64,000 nt of DNA from an uncultured Clostridia bacterium. Lineage in GTDB: Bacteria > Bacillota > Clostridia > Christensenellales > CAG-314. The stretch spans positions 96,414 to 160,413 of the forward strand of contig CALVLA010000001.1 in the NCBI GenBank assembly GCA_944336125.1. Reading direction: 5' to 3'. Both the position numbers and the translations under genes were made by a program. How positions within the stretch are numbered: position 1 is the first letter of the stretch; each line of letters begins with the position of its first letter. A model generated the notes under the pieces. It was not told the origin of the DNA, did no database searches, and was given only the letters and a program-made list of their open reading frames with translations. Positions 8,545-18,618 of the stretch are shown piece by piece.

Positions 8545-10908
8545 TCAGCAACCGCCTGCATCTGCCGCAGGTGCCGACACTGAACCGTGAGGGGCATAAT
8601 CGTCGTCATGCTCCCAAACCACATCGATGTTTTCCCAGCCGTAAGGGTTTTTGCCGAACAATTCGGTAACAGCATCATTCCAAGCGTTAAACTGAACGCT
8701 GTCTTCGTTTACCATATCGGCGTAATAATACTCAGCCTCGAAAGACCCAACCAACCGAGGGGCGTCTCCGCTTCCGTCAAACAGGAACAATCCCGGAGTA
8801 CAAAGTCTGGAATATGTCTTTTGAACACCGTTTGTGGTAATGTTGACAACCGAAGGACTCCATTTGGACTGATAATCAGGCATAAACGTATCGATAAAGT
8901 TAGCGTAAAGGTAATTAAAGTTGTAAGCACTTTCGGTCACGGCATCATTGTTTCTTGTAAGCATTGAATTTGCAAGATAGTTTCCGTTTTCGCTGACAAT
9001 TACATTTCCGCTTCCGTCAAGATAGTATGAGTCTGTTTTTGTTCCGCCGTCAAGCCTGAAATCGAACATATAAATTGCTTCGATTGAGTATTTTCTCGCG
9101 AGGTAATCGGAAAGTCTTGTCGCAGCCGTAGTGTTAGGGCACCACACGCCGCCAAACATCACTGCGAAATAACCTTTGTTATGTGTCATCAGATATTCAA
9201 GCTGTGCGTAATTTGCAACTGTTTGATAAACATCAATTTTTTCGTCAAAAAACTTATCCTCAGCCGACGAATAGATATGGAAGCGTTTGTCGCCATAAAT
9301 GTTGAAAGTATTTATGTTTGAAGTATCATAATCCACTGTACCTTCACCGACATCAGAACTACCGCTTACAACAGGCTTTTTAATCGCCAAAAGTTTGACC
9401 GCGTCGTCAAATGAAGCATAATTGACAACACTTGTCTGCGTGTTGTATTTAGGCTTGATAACAGGCGGCACTGCGCTTGAATCTATTATTTGCGGAGCAG
9501 CAGGCGCACCCTTTATGGCAAGAAGCATATGGTCAAGCCCCTGTTGAGCGACGTCGAAACCAAAAATTTTCGAAAGATGCGACTGAATTATCCCAAGGCC
9601 GCCGTTTGCCGTTCTGTTGTCCGAAAGAACCCGAAAAACATTGTTTTCAACTTCCGACGAATCGTCTGAAGCAAACCCACCGCTTAAAACAGGATTGAAG
9701 TGATGTACGGTAACACCCCACTCGTTTGCCTTTTGATTTACGAAAGCAAACCTTGCCGCCGCGCCGTAATCCTCGCTGTCAACATAAACAAGATACCTGC
9801 CGGTAGTTGTCAGCATGCTTTCAAGAGTGTTGTAAGTGATCGGCAAAATGTTGATTGGTCCTTCGATTGAGTATTTGTAAGAGTAATAGTTGTAATTTGC
9901 GGCAGGGTTGACAGGTATCTGCTCCCACTTAGCAAAAAGAGTAACGTCCTCGTAAGTAGAAAACTCTCCTTCGATCTTTTGACCCTCATTGTACCAGCCC
10001 AGGAAACGATGTCCGGCCCTGTAAGGCACGGGCATTTCCACGGCAGAGCCTCGCCTTATTGTCTGAGGCGCGACATCCCTTCCGCCTTCGGAGTCAAAAG
10101 TAACGGTGACGAACACCGACCGCCATTTAGCCGTTAAATGCGCATCGCCTGACACGGCAATAGTTACGCCGCCAACAGGCAAATCACCGACATACCAACC
10201 CAAAAATTCGTAATCGGTTCTTTTCGGTTCAGGCAGCGTCACAAATGAGCCGTAATCCGCCGTAATGTCCTGAATTTCGCTTCCGCCCGCCGAGTCAAAG
10301 GAAATTACTACTTTTTTGATTTGCCATTTCGCTTTGAGGGTAAGGTTTGATGTTACGGTATAATCGGAAAAAATCCACTTTTCTTCGCCGTTGTACCAAC
10401 CGACCAAATCGTAGCCTGTTTTTGTCGGAGTTTGCGGCTGCGGAATTTTTCCGCCTTTAATAACCTCGACACTTTCGCAATTACTGCCTCCGTCACTGTC
10501 GAAATTAACAACGAAAATCATTCCGTAATCAAGCCTTCCCGAAACCGCGGCAGAATACCAGTCTGCTTCCGTCCCCTGAAAACCGTATTTTTCTTTGTAA
10601 ATTTCAAAAACGGATTTTTTGTTAGGAGAACTAACTTCTCCCAAATTGATTTTGCTGCCGTCGGACAAAGTTAGCAAAATCTCGCCGTCTTTAAGTATAG
10701 CCCCGTCGATACCTTTGTTTGAAGATACGGAAAAGTAATCTTCTCCCTTTTCGTAAACTATTTTGTAAAAATCACTTCCGTTTTCAAAATGCGACTTTGC
10801 AACCGAAAGAGCTTTTCCGTTGTCGCCGCCGCATGCCGAAAGGGAAAACAACGCAGCAAAGCAGATTGCCACACAAAGCATAACCTTTAATAATCTGCGT
10901 CTATTCAT
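8545..10908 (-). CDS. Large surface lipoprotein with three Listeria-Bacteroides (Flg_new-type) repeats and a C-terminal region containing two thioredoxin-fold-like segments
   Basis: Signal peptide with lipobox LSACGG. Three ~65-aa repeats (FDSxGG...GYxxxGWY...LxAKW). The C-terminal half carries GGVWCPNT and TPGLFLFDG signatures. Confidence 0.6.
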   Translation of the reverse strand: MNRRRLLKVMLCVAICFAALFSLSACGGDNGKALSVAKSHFENGSDFYKIVYEKGEDYFSVSSNKGIDGAILKDGEILLTLSDGSKINLGEVSSPNKKSVFEIYKEKYGFQGTEADWYSAAVSGRLDYGMIFVVNFDSDGGSNCESVEVIKGGKIPQPQTPTKTGYDLVGWYNGEEKWIFSDYTVTSNLTLKAKWQIKKVVISFDSAGGSEIQDITADYGSFVTLPEPKRTDYEFLGWYVGDLPVGGVTIAVSGDAHLTAKWRSVFVTVTFDSEGGRDVAPQTIRRGSAVEMPVPYRAGHRFLGWYNEGQKIEGEFSTYEDVTLFAKWEQIPVNPAANYNYYSYKYSIEGPINILPITYNTLESMLTTTGRYLVYVDSEDYGAAARFAFVNQKANEWGVTVHHFNPVLSGGFASDDSSEVENNVFRVLSDNRTANGGLGIIQSHLSKIFGFDVAQQGLDHMLLAIKGAPAAPQIIDSSAVPPVIKPKYNTQTSVVNYASFDDAVKLLAIKKPVVSGSSDVGEGTVDYDTSNINTFNIYGDKRFHIYSSAEDKFFDEKIDVYQTVANYAQLEYLMTHNKGYFAVMFGGVWCPNTTAATRLSDYLARKYSIEAIYMFDFRLDGGTKTDSYYLDGSGNVIVSENGNYLANSMLTRNNDAVTESAYNFNYLYANFIDTFMPDYQSKWSPSVVNITTNGVQKTYSRLCTPGLFLFDGSGDAPRLVGSFEAEYYYADMVNEDSVQFNAWNDAVTELFGKNPYGWENIDVVWEHDDDYAPHGSVSAPAADAGGC

Positions 10909-10965
10909 ATTTACCTCCCCTGTCTGTAATAAAATAATATCAAACTAAAAAGTCATTTACAACAG

Positions 10966-11002
10966 GCAAAAGAAAAAAGTCCGCAAAGTTGCGGACTTTT
11001 TT
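10966..11002. terminator. Bidirectional intrinsic terminator downstream of secA
   Basis: Stem agtccgc/gcggact (10978-10984 / 10991-10997), flanked by an A-run upstream and a T-run downstream. Confidence 0.7.
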
Positions 11003-11009
11003 AACAATG

Positions 11010-13670
11010 TCATTTCAAATCCTTACCGCAGCAGTGTTTGAATTTTTTACCGCTGCCGCAAGGGCAAGGACCGTTGCGGTTAAGGTTAGGATTGATGTTA
11101 GGGTCTATTTTTTTAGGCTGGCCAGGCTGTTCGACAAGCACGCGTTTTACGTTTACCCTGAGGCAATATTTTACGGCGTCGTACTGAATTTCGTTGATCA
11201 TTTTGTCAAACATATCAAAACCTTCGCCTTTGTATGCCTGAACAGGGTCATGGTTGCCGTATGCCATAAGACCTATGCCTCGGCGAAGCTGATCCATTGC
11301 GTCGATGTGGTCCATCCACTTTTCGTCGACGATTTTGAGCATAACAAACCTTTCGACCTCTTTAAAGTCTATGCCGTTTTGCTCGTTAGTTTCAACCTTT
11401 TTGTCAAGAGCCGAAACAATGTCCTCGTGAAGTTTTTTTCTGAATTCGTCAACAGTGATTTTGGAAACCTGTTCGTTTGTTACGTAAACTTCGTTTGTGT
11501 TGAAAAAGTCTTCGCAAAGCACGCGGTTAAGTTCCTCAACATCCCAGTCCTGAGTGCTGCGGTGAATATCGACGCACCTTTCGAGCACTTTGTCGACGAC
11601 GGTTTTCGCCATTTCGATAAGGTCTCCGTGGATGTCCTCACCGTTCAAAACCTTTTGCCTTTCCTTGTAAATGAGCGTCCTCTGTTCGTTCATTACGTCG
11701 TCGTATTGCAAGACGTGTTTACGCGAGGAGAAGTTTCTGTCCTCAATGCGTTCCTGTGCCTTTTCGATTTGCCTTGTGATGATTTTGGCTTCGATAGGCA
11801 TGTCTTCCTCAACGTGAAGCATGTTGAACAGGCTCTTCATCTTGTCGCCGCCAAAAATCCTTGCGAGATCGTCTTCCAGCGAGATGAAAAATACGCTTGA
11901 ACCCGGGTCGCCCTGACGACCGGCACGGCCTCGGAGCTGATTGTCGATACGTCTGCTTTCGTGTCTTTCGGTACCGATAATGTGAAGTCCGCCGACTTCA
12001 AGCACCTTTTCCCTTTCGGCGTCTGTTTTTTGTTTGTGCTTTTCGTAAAAGTTTTTGTAAGTTTCGGTAGCGTGTTTTTCCTCATCGGTTTTGTTTGCTT
12101 TGTAGCTTATCGCGCTTTCGATAAGTTCGTCGCTGAAACCTTGGTTTGCCATGTCGCGTTTAGCCAAAAATTCAGGATTGCCGCCGAGAAGTATATCGGT
12201 ACCACGACCTGCCATGTTGGTAGCTATGGTAACTGAGTTAAGCCTGCCCGCTTGCGCTACGATTTCGGCTTCGCGTTCGTGGTTTTTAGCGTTCAAAACG
12301 TTGTGTCTTATGCCTTTGCCGTTGAGAAGCTTGCTGAGTTCTTCGGATTTTTCGACGGTAAGCGTACCGATAAGAATAGGCTGACCAGTCTGATGTCTGT
12401 CCGCGACGTCCTCGACGATTGCGAGAAGCTTGCCGTGTTCCGTTTTGAAAATAACGTCGTTGTAGTCTTTTCTGATGACAGGCTTGTTTGTAGGAACTTC
12501 AACTACGTCAAGGTTGTAAATCGAGTTAAACTCGCCTTCTTCCGTTTTAGCAGTACCCGTCATACCGCTGAGCTTTCTGTAAAGACGGAAAAGATTTTGG
12601 AAAGTGATGGTAGCGAGGGTTTTGTTTTCCTCTTTGATACGAACGTTTTCCTTTGCTTCGATTGCCTGATGCAAACCCGCGCTGTAACGTCTGCCTTCCA
12701 TTTTACGGCCGGTAAACTCGTCGACGATAACGATTTCGCCGTTTTCGACGATGTAGTCGTTGTCGCGTTTCATGATGTAGTTTGCTTTCAAAGCCTGCAA
12801 AATATAGTGGTTAAGCTCGGAGTTTTCGATATCCGACAAGTTGTCGACCTTAAAGAATTTTTCTGCTTTAAGTACGCCGTTGTCGTTGAGACGAACAGCT
12901 TTGTCTTTTTCGTCAATTTCAAAATCGTTGCCTTCGGACAAAGTTTTGGCAAACTTGTTGGCAGTCACGTACATTTCGCTCGAACGTGAGCCTCGTCCCG
13001 AAATAATGAGCGGAGTACGCGCTTCGTCGATGAGGATACTGTCCACTTCGTCGATGATACAGAAATCAAGGCTTCGCATAACAAGGTCGGCCTTGTTTGT
13101 AGCCATATTGTCTCTGAGGTAGTCAAAACCTATTTCGTTGTTGGTACCGTAAGTAATGTCGCAGTTGTAAGCCTCGCGTTTTTTGGCTCTGTTTTGGTTG
13201 TGAACGATGACGCCAACCGAAAGTCCCAAAAACTTGTAAATTTTACCCATCCACTCTGCGTCACGCTGAGCAAGGTAATCGTTTACCGTAACGATGTGAA
13301 CGCCTTTTCCCGCAAGTGCGTTAAGGTAAGCAGGAAGCGTTGCGACAAGCGTTTTACCTTCACCTGTTGCCATCTGAGCGATACGTCCTTGGTGCAGAAC
13401 TATGCCGCCGAGGATTTGCACGTGGAAGTGCCTCATGTTGAGAACCCTGTCGCCTGTTTCGCGCACTACCGCGAAGGCGTCGGGAAGAATGTCGTCAAGC
13501 GTTTCGCCGTCGGCAAGGCGTTTTTTAAGGACGTCGGTAGTTTCCCTCAGCTGGTCGTCCGACATAGCTTTGTACTTGTCGGAAAGAGCTTCAACCTTAG
13601 CCGCGATTTTTTCGAGAGCGGCGATTTCTTTTTCGTTTTGACTTTTAAACAAATTTCCAAAAATACCCAT
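11010..13670 (-). CDS. secA: Preprotein translocase ATPase SecA
   Basis: 886 aa with MATGEGKTL Walker A, DEVDSILIDEARTPLIISG, and the C-terminal zinc motif CPCGSGKKFKHCCG. Confidence 0.97.
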   Translation of the reverse strand: MGIFGNLFKSQNEKEIAALEKIAAKVEALSDKYKAMSDDQLRETTDVLKKRLADGETLDDILPDAFAVVRETGDRVLNMRHFHVQILGGIVLHQGRIAQMATGEGKTLVATLPAYLNALAGKGVHIVTVNDYLAQRDAEWMGKIYKFLGLSVGVIVHNQNRAKKREAYNCDITYGTNNEIGFDYLRDNMATNKADLVMRSLDFCIIDEVDSILIDEARTPLIISGRGSRSSEMYVTANKFAKTLSEGNDFEIDEKDKAVRLNDNGVLKAEKFFKVDNLSDIENSELNHYILQALKANYIMKRDNDYIVENGEIVIVDEFTGRKMEGRRYSAGLHQAIEAKENVRIKEENKTLATITFQNLFRLYRKLSGMTGTAKTEEGEFNSIYNLDVVEVPTNKPVIRKDYNDVIFKTEHGKLLAIVEDVADRHQTGQPILIGTLTVEKSEELSKLLNGKGIRHNVLNAKNHEREAEIVAQAGRLNSVTIATNMAGRGTDILLGGNPEFLAKRDMANQGFSDELIESAISYKANKTDEEKHATETYKNFYEKHKQKTDAEREKVLEVGGLHIIGTERHESRRIDNQLRGRAGRQGDPGSSVFFISLEDDLARIFGGDKMKSLFNMLHVEEDMPIEAKIITRQIEKAQERIEDRNFSSRKHVLQYDDVMNEQRTLIYKERQKVLNGEDIHGDLIEMAKTVVDKVLERCVDIHRSTQDWDVEELNRVLCEDFFNTNEVYVTNEQVSKITVDEFRKKLHEDIVSALDKKVETNEQNGIDFKEVERFVMLKIVDEKWMDHIDAMDQLRRGIGLMAYGNHDPVQAYKGEGFDMFDKMINEIQYDAVKYCLRVNVKRVLVEQPGQPKKIDPNINPNLNRNGPCPCGSGKKFKHCCGKDLK

Positions 13671-13813
13671 GTTTAACTCCGTGGATGAAACATCCGATAA
13701 GGAATAATTTAAAATAGTAGCAAGATAACTTTTACATTATCCCCGAAACAACCCATTTTATTAAGATATTATAACACAAAAGTAACAACCTATCAACAAA
13801 CTGAAAAGCAAAA

Positions 13814-16048
13814 TCAATCTGCGAAAAAGGTCTGATATTTGCGGTTTTCGTCGTTAAGGAAAAATTTAAGCAAAGTGTTGCGCAAAACGACGTAATTGTT
13901 TTTAACCATCATGGCGACGTATTTTTTTGAGCCTACAAGTACGACTGTTTTTTTCGCGCGGGTAATAGCCGTGTAAAGAAGGTTTTTGTTGAGTATGGTA
14001 GGCGAGCCGCCGTAAAGCGGGATGACCGCGACGTCAAACTCACACCCCTGACTTTTGTGTACGGTAATGGCGTAAGCAAGCATAAGGCTTGCAAGGTCAC
14101 CGTGCATGTACTGAACTTTGCGTCCGTCCTCAAAAGTAATTTCGATAAACCCTTCGTACTGATTTACCTCGGTGACGTAGCCTATGTCGCCGTTGAACAC
14201 TCCTTCGCCAAACTCGGTAAAGCCTTTTTCGGAAATTTTGACCCATTCCGCCTCATAGTTGTTTTGGGTCTGCATTACCTTGTCACCAAGCCTGAAAACC
14301 GTTTCGCCTATGCGGAACTCCCCTTTGCCTTTTGCTTTCGGGTTCAACTTTTCCTGCAAAAGCACGTTAAGTTTTTCAACTCCGGCAGGCCCCGATTTGA
14401 GAGGAGAAAGCACTTGTATGTCTTTCGGGTCGGCATGCGTAAAGGAAGGAAGACGAGTAGTTACCAACCCCACTATTTCCTCTGCGGTATGCGCCGCGTC
14501 TACAGTCGGCAAAAAGAAAAAGTCCTTGCTTTTGTTGTCGAAAACAGGCATTTTTCCCTCGTTGATAAGGTGAGCATTTGTTACTATCAGGCTGTCCGAA
14601 GCCTGCCTGTAAATGTAAGTGAGGTAATTTATATCAAACACTCCGCTTGAAATAACGTCGCCGAGAACGTTTCCTGCGCCAACCGACGGAAGCTGATCCT
14701 TGTCTCCCACAAGCACGAGCCTGCAGCCGGGTTTTAGGGCTTTGAGCAAACTGTTGAACAAAAGGCAGTCAACCATGGACATTTCGTCAATGATGACGGC
14801 GTCGCAGTCAAGCTGATTGCTTTCCTTAAAGCGAAACTGAGTTTTTCCGCCAACGCTTTCCACCCCCAAAAGACGGTGAATTGTTTTCGCTTCGTACCCA
14901 GTCGACTCGGAAAGTCTTTTTGCGGCGCGCCCCGTAGGAGCGACAAGTTCAGTTTTAAGCCTCATAGCGGCAAAAATTTTGCAAATGCATTTGACGAGAG
15001 TGGTTTTTCCCGTGCCGGGACCACCCGTAATTACCGTAACACCTTTGTTTGCCGCGCTCATTATAGCTTTTTTCTGGTCGGCGTGAAAGGCAAAATTGTT
15101 TTGTCTTTCAAATTCCGAAATGAAAAGTTCTACGTCGTCGACGCACTCGGCAGGCTGATAAACCATACGCACAAGCCTGCCCGCAATGCTTTTTTCCACA
15201 GACAGGTAGCGCGAAAGAGAAATCACCCTTTTTCCTTCCAACATCATGCTTCCCACAGCCGATTCAAGCTGCATGTCGGCAATGACGCTTTCCGTCTTGT
15301 CGGTAATGTCCTCCTGCAAATCAAGCAAAGCCGCAACCTTTTGTTTCAGCTCGTCAAAATACAAAAAGGTGTTGCCTGCCTTTTCCCCTGCTTCCTTCAA
15401 GGTAAAAACAACCCCTGCCCTGACGCGGAAAAGGCTGTTTTTTTCGATACCCACGCTTTCGGCGATTTTGTCTGCGGTGGAAAAGCCCACTCCGTCCACG
15501 TCGTCTATGAGTTTGTATGGGTTTGACGACACTACCTGCTCGGTACCGTCCTTGTAAACGTTGTAAATTTTAAGCGCAAGGTTTGTCGAAATGCCGTAGT
15601 TTTGCAAAGCCATAATCTGGTTTTGCATTTTTTTAAGGCCTATGCAGTTTTCGTAAATGGTAAGAGCCTTTGCTTTTGAAATACCCTTGACTTTTGACAA
15701 AGCGAGATAATCGTTTTCGATGACTTTAAAAGTATCCCTACCGAACTTGTCAACAATTGCCTTTGCCGTAATGGGTCCTATGCCCTTTATCAGTCCGCTG
15801 GAAAGATACTTGACTATTCCCTCGGGAGAGTCAGGTGTTTCGTACTTAAATGACGAAACGGAAAACTGCTGACCGAATTTTTGATGAACGACAAATTTGC
15901 CCTCACACGAGACGACTTCACCGTTAGTGAGGGCAGGCAATGAGCCGACAACGGTGATGTCCTCACCGTTGACGTTTAAAGTTGCTACGGTATAACCGTT
16001 TTCCGCATTGTAAAAAACGGTATTTTTTACGGTACCTTTAATTTGCAT
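13814..16048 (-). CDS. recD2: ATP-dependent RecD2-like DNA helicase (RecD/TraA family)
   Basis: 744 aa with ITGGPGTGKTT Walker A, IIDEMSMVD, LVLVGDKDQLPSVGAGN and a C-terminal ITVHKSQGCEF...YTAITRAK. Confidence 0.9.
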   Translation of the reverse strand: MQIKGTVKNTVFYNAENGYTVATLNVNGEDITVVGSLPALTNGEVVSCEGKFVVHQKFGQQFSVSSFKYETPDSPEGIVKYLSSGLIKGIGPITAKAIVDKFGRDTFKVIENDYLALSKVKGISKAKALTIYENCIGLKKMQNQIMALQNYGISTNLALKIYNVYKDGTEQVVSSNPYKLIDDVDGVGFSTADKIAESVGIEKNSLFRVRAGVVFTLKEAGEKAGNTFLYFDELKQKVAALLDLQEDITDKTESVIADMQLESAVGSMMLEGKRVISLSRYLSVEKSIAGRLVRMVYQPAECVDDVELFISEFERQNNFAFHADQKKAIMSAANKGVTVITGGPGTGKTTLVKCICKIFAAMRLKTELVAPTGRAAKRLSESTGYEAKTIHRLLGVESVGGKTQFRFKESNQLDCDAVIIDEMSMVDCLLFNSLLKALKPGCRLVLVGDKDQLPSVGAGNVLGDVISSGVFDINYLTYIYRQASDSLIVTNAHLINEGKMPVFDNKSKDFFFLPTVDAAHTAEEIVGLVTTRLPSFTHADPKDIQVLSPLKSGPAGVEKLNVLLQEKLNPKAKGKGEFRIGETVFRLGDKVMQTQNNYEAEWVKISEKGFTEFGEGVFNGDIGYVTEVNQYEGFIEITFEDGRKVQYMHGDLASLMLAYAITVHKSQGCEFDVAVIPLYGGSPTILNKNLLYTAITRAKKTVVLVGSKKYVAMMVKNNYVVLRNTLLKFFLNDENRKYQTFFAD

Positions 16049-16051
16049 TAC

Positions 16052-17248
16052 TTATTTCAAAAATTTTTGTGCATTGTTTAAGAGATCGTCCACCATGTCC
16101 ACTTTTTCCCAAGGCAAACCGTCTTTGCCAAAGTGTCCGTAAGCGGCGGTTTTTTTGTAAATCGGGTTCAACAGTCCCAGTTTGTCGATAATGGCTTTCG
16201 GACGCAGGTCAAAAGTTTCGCACACAAGCTGTTCGAGACAGTTGTCTGAAATTTTGCCCGTACCGAAAGTATCTATACAAACGGAAACAGGTTTAGCCAC
16301 GCCTATAGCGTATGAAACTTCCATACACACCTTGTCGGCAAGGCCTGCCGCCACGATGTTTTTGCAGATATAACGCGACATGTAAGCGGCGCTTCTGTCC
16401 ACTTTCGTAGGGTCCTTGCCGCTGAAAGCTCCGCCGCCGTGAGGGCAATATCCGCCGTAAGTGTCGACTATGATTTTTCTGCCTGTAAGTCCGCTGTCGC
16501 CGTGAGGGCCGCCCACTTCGAAACGTCCGGTAGGATTGATGAAAAATTTGGTGTTTTCGTCAATAAGTTCGCAAGGAATTACTTCGAGAATAACGTGTTT
16601 TTTAACTTCCTCGCGAAGTTTTTCGGTGCTTACGTCTTTTGTGTGCTGGGTGGAAATTACCACGGCGTCAACTCTTGCCGGCACGTCGTCGCGGTATTCT
16701 ACGGTAACCTGACTTTTTCCGTCAGGCAAAAGATAATCCAGCTTTCCGCTTTTTCTGACTTCGGAAAGTTTTTTGGTAAGTTTGTGGGCAAGCATTATAG
16801 GAAGCGGCATAAGTTCAGGCGTTTCGTTGCAGGCATAGCCGAACATCATACCTTGGTCACCCGCGCCTATTTTGTCCTCGATGTCGCTGCTGTCCTTTTT
16901 AAACTCCGAGCTGTTGTCGACGCCCAAAGCGATATCTGGCGACTGCTCGTTAATTGAAGTCAAAACCGCGCAGGTATCTGCGTCAAATCCGTATTTTGCT
17001 CTGGTGTAACCTATTTCCCTAACCGTGTCGCGTACAATCGTAGGTATGTCGACGTAACACGAAGTGGAAATTTCGCCCATAATGTGAACCATACCCGTAC
17101 ATGCGGTTGTTTCGCATGCGACGCGGGCGTCAGGGTCCTTTTCGATGATAGCGTCAAGGATAGCGTCCGAAATTTGGTCGCACATTTTGTCAGGATGTCC
17201 TTCAGTAACGCTTTCGGAAGTAAAAAATCTTACCTTTTGCTTAGCCAT
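16052..17248 (-). CDS. metK: S-adenosylmethionine synthetase
   Basis: [32 protein letters not shown] and [16 protein letters not shown]. The start is at ATG 17248 (MAKQK), preceded by GGAGGA. The longer track ORF reads into the riboswitch terminator. Confidence 0.96.
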   Translation of the reverse strand: MAKQKVRFFTSESVTEGHPDKMCDQISDAILDAIIEKDPDARVACETTACTGMVHIMGEISTSCYVDIPTIVRDTVREIGYTRAKYGFDADTCAVLTSINEQSPDIALGVDNSSEFKKDSSDIEDKIGAGDQGMMFGYACNETPELMPLPIMLAHKLTKKLSEVRKSGKLDYLLPDGKSQVTVEYRDDVPARVDAVVISTQHTKDVSTEKLREEVKKHVILEVIPCELIDENTKFFINPTGRFEVGGPHGDSGLTGRKIIVDTYGGYCPHGGGAFSGKDPTKVDRSAAYMSRYICKNIVAAGLADKVCMEVSYAIGVAKPVSVCIDTFGTGKISDNCLEQLVCETFDLRPKAIIDKLGLLNPIYKKTAAYGHFGKDGLPWEKVDMVDDLLNNAQKFLK

Positions 17249-17260
17249 AAAATCCTCCGT

Positions 17261-17410
17261 AAAAAAAATGTCCTGCCGAGCGCACAGGACAACAAAAAAC
17301 CTTAATTGTGCCATCTGTCAAGCTCGCTTGCGGAAATTAGCACCTTTTCATTGTCGAAAGGTTGCTGTGTCATCGACGGGTCCGTCCCTCCGACACTCTT
17401 GATGGTGAAA
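17261..17410 (-). promoter_or_regulatory. SAM-I (S-box) riboswitch with terminator, leader of metK
   Basis: The minus strand reads CCATCAAGAGTGTCGGAGGGACGGACCCGTCGATGACACAGCAACC...GGTGCTAATTTCCGCAAGC...GACAGATGG, with P1 formed by CCATC/GATGG at 17401-17405 / 17311-17315. It is followed by the hairpin GTCCTGTGCGCTCGGCAGGAC (17270-17290) and a U-run (17261-17268). Confidence 0.9.
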
Positions 17411-17497
17411 AGATTGTATATTTTTTTAAGAAAGGTGTCAAACGTTTGAGAGTAAAAAACAAAAAAGGCTTCGGTTTCCGAAGCCTCAAAAAAACAA

Positions 17498-17743
17498 TTA
17501 TTCGCCGACGTAAGGGAGCAAAGCCATGTATCTCGCGCGTTTGATTGCGGTAGCGAGCTCTCTTTGGTGTTTAGCGCAAACGCCGCTCATACGACGCGGA
17601 ACGATTTTGCCTTTTTCGGTGATGAATTTTTTAAGTTTGTTTACGTCTTTGTAGTCGATTTCAACAACTTTATCTACGCAGAAATTGCAGACCTTTTTGC
17701 GTGAAGGTCTTTTAATATTGCGTTTAACGACTTTTTCTTCCAT
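17498..17743 (-). CDS. rpsR: 30S ribosomal protein S18
   Basis: 81 aa with the S18 pattern IDYKDVxxLKKFITExGKIxPRRxSGxCAKHQRxLAxAIKRAR. Confidence 0.96.
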   Translation of the reverse strand: MEEKVVKRNIKRPSRKKVCNFCVDKVVEIDYKDVNKLKKFITEKGKIVPRRMSGVCAKHQRELATAIKRARYMALLPYVGE

Positions 17744-17778
17744 AATAATCTCCTTTTAAAAACGCACTTCACGTGCAA

Positions 17779-18192
17779 TCAGAACGGCAACTCCTCGTCC
17801 TCGATAGGCGAGAGGTCGTCCACGGCAGGTCTTGATTTAGGTTTCGAAACAGGTTCGGCGTCGTCATAGGAACTGTTAGCCTTGCCGAGAAATTCAACGT
17901 TGTCAGCGACGATTTCGGTGACGTAACGTTTAATACCGTTGTTGTCCTCGTAACTTCTTGTCTGAATTGAGCCGACGACAGCGCATTGGCTGCCCTTTTT
18001 CAAAAACTTGTGGCAGTTAGCGGCTGCAGCGCGCCAAACGACGATGTTGAGAAAATCGGTTTGAGTTTCCCCGCTTTGTGACTTAAATGGTCTGTTGATA
18101 GCGAGAGAAAAGCGGCAAACGTCAACGCCGGAATTAGTGGTAGTAAGTTCCGGGTCGGCGGTAAGACGACCAATCAAGATAGCCTTGTTCAT
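17779..18192 (-). CDS. ssb: Single-stranded DNA-binding protein
   Basis: MNKAILIGRLTADPEL OB-fold N-terminus and an acidic tail ending DEELPF. It sits between rpsF and rpsR. Confidence 0.95.
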   Translation of the reverse strand: MNKAILIGRLTADPELTTTNSGVDVCRFSLAINRPFKSQSGETQTDFLNIVVWRAAAANCHKFLKKGSQCAVVGSIQTRSYEDNNGIKRYVTEIVADNVEFLGKANSSYDDAEPVSKPKSRPAVDDLSPIEDEELPF

Positions 18193-18204
18193 AAAAACCA
18201 CTCC

Positions 18205-18486
18205 TTACTTTTTGATAACGATATGACGCATAGCCTGGTCATTGATACGAATTTGTCTTTCGATTTCAGCGACGAGTTCAGGTTTGCATTCGAAGTTCAT
18301 GAGAACATAAAAACCGTCGTTTTTGTAGTTGATAGGGTAAGCGAGTTTTTTAACCCCCCATTTGTCAACTTTTTCGACCTGACCGCCGTCATCGGTAACG
18401 ATTTGCGAAAGTTTAGCGATGAAAGCGTCTTTAGCTTCATCTGACGCAGCGCTGTCGATGATGAACAGAAGTTCGTACTTGTTCAT
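18205..18486 (-). CDS. rpsF: 30S ribosomal protein S6
   Basis: 93 aa, MNKYELLFII...WGVKKLAYPI. Confidence 0.95.
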   Translation of the reverse strand: MNKYELLFIIDSAASDEAKDAFIAKLSQIVTDDGGQVEKVDKWGVKKLAYPINYKNDGFYVLMNFECKPELVAEIERQIRINDQAMRHIVIKK

Positions 18487-18618
18487 ATTTTTTACCTCCT
18501 TTTGGTCTTTCCGGCCCGCGGACGGGCAAGGATAAAATTGGCAATAAAAATTGCCATAGTATTGTAGCAGACTACGGCAATAAAATCAAGCGAAAACGCG
18601 TTAAAAAACTCAATTAAG

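Noticed and set aside
8466-8678. Small ORFs in or near intergenic regions (8466-8678, 18492-18701, 20661-20852, 49222-49416, 49310-49519).
   Set aside because: They overlap the ends of real genes or terminator hairpins. They have no RBS and odd composition, and nothing supports coding.
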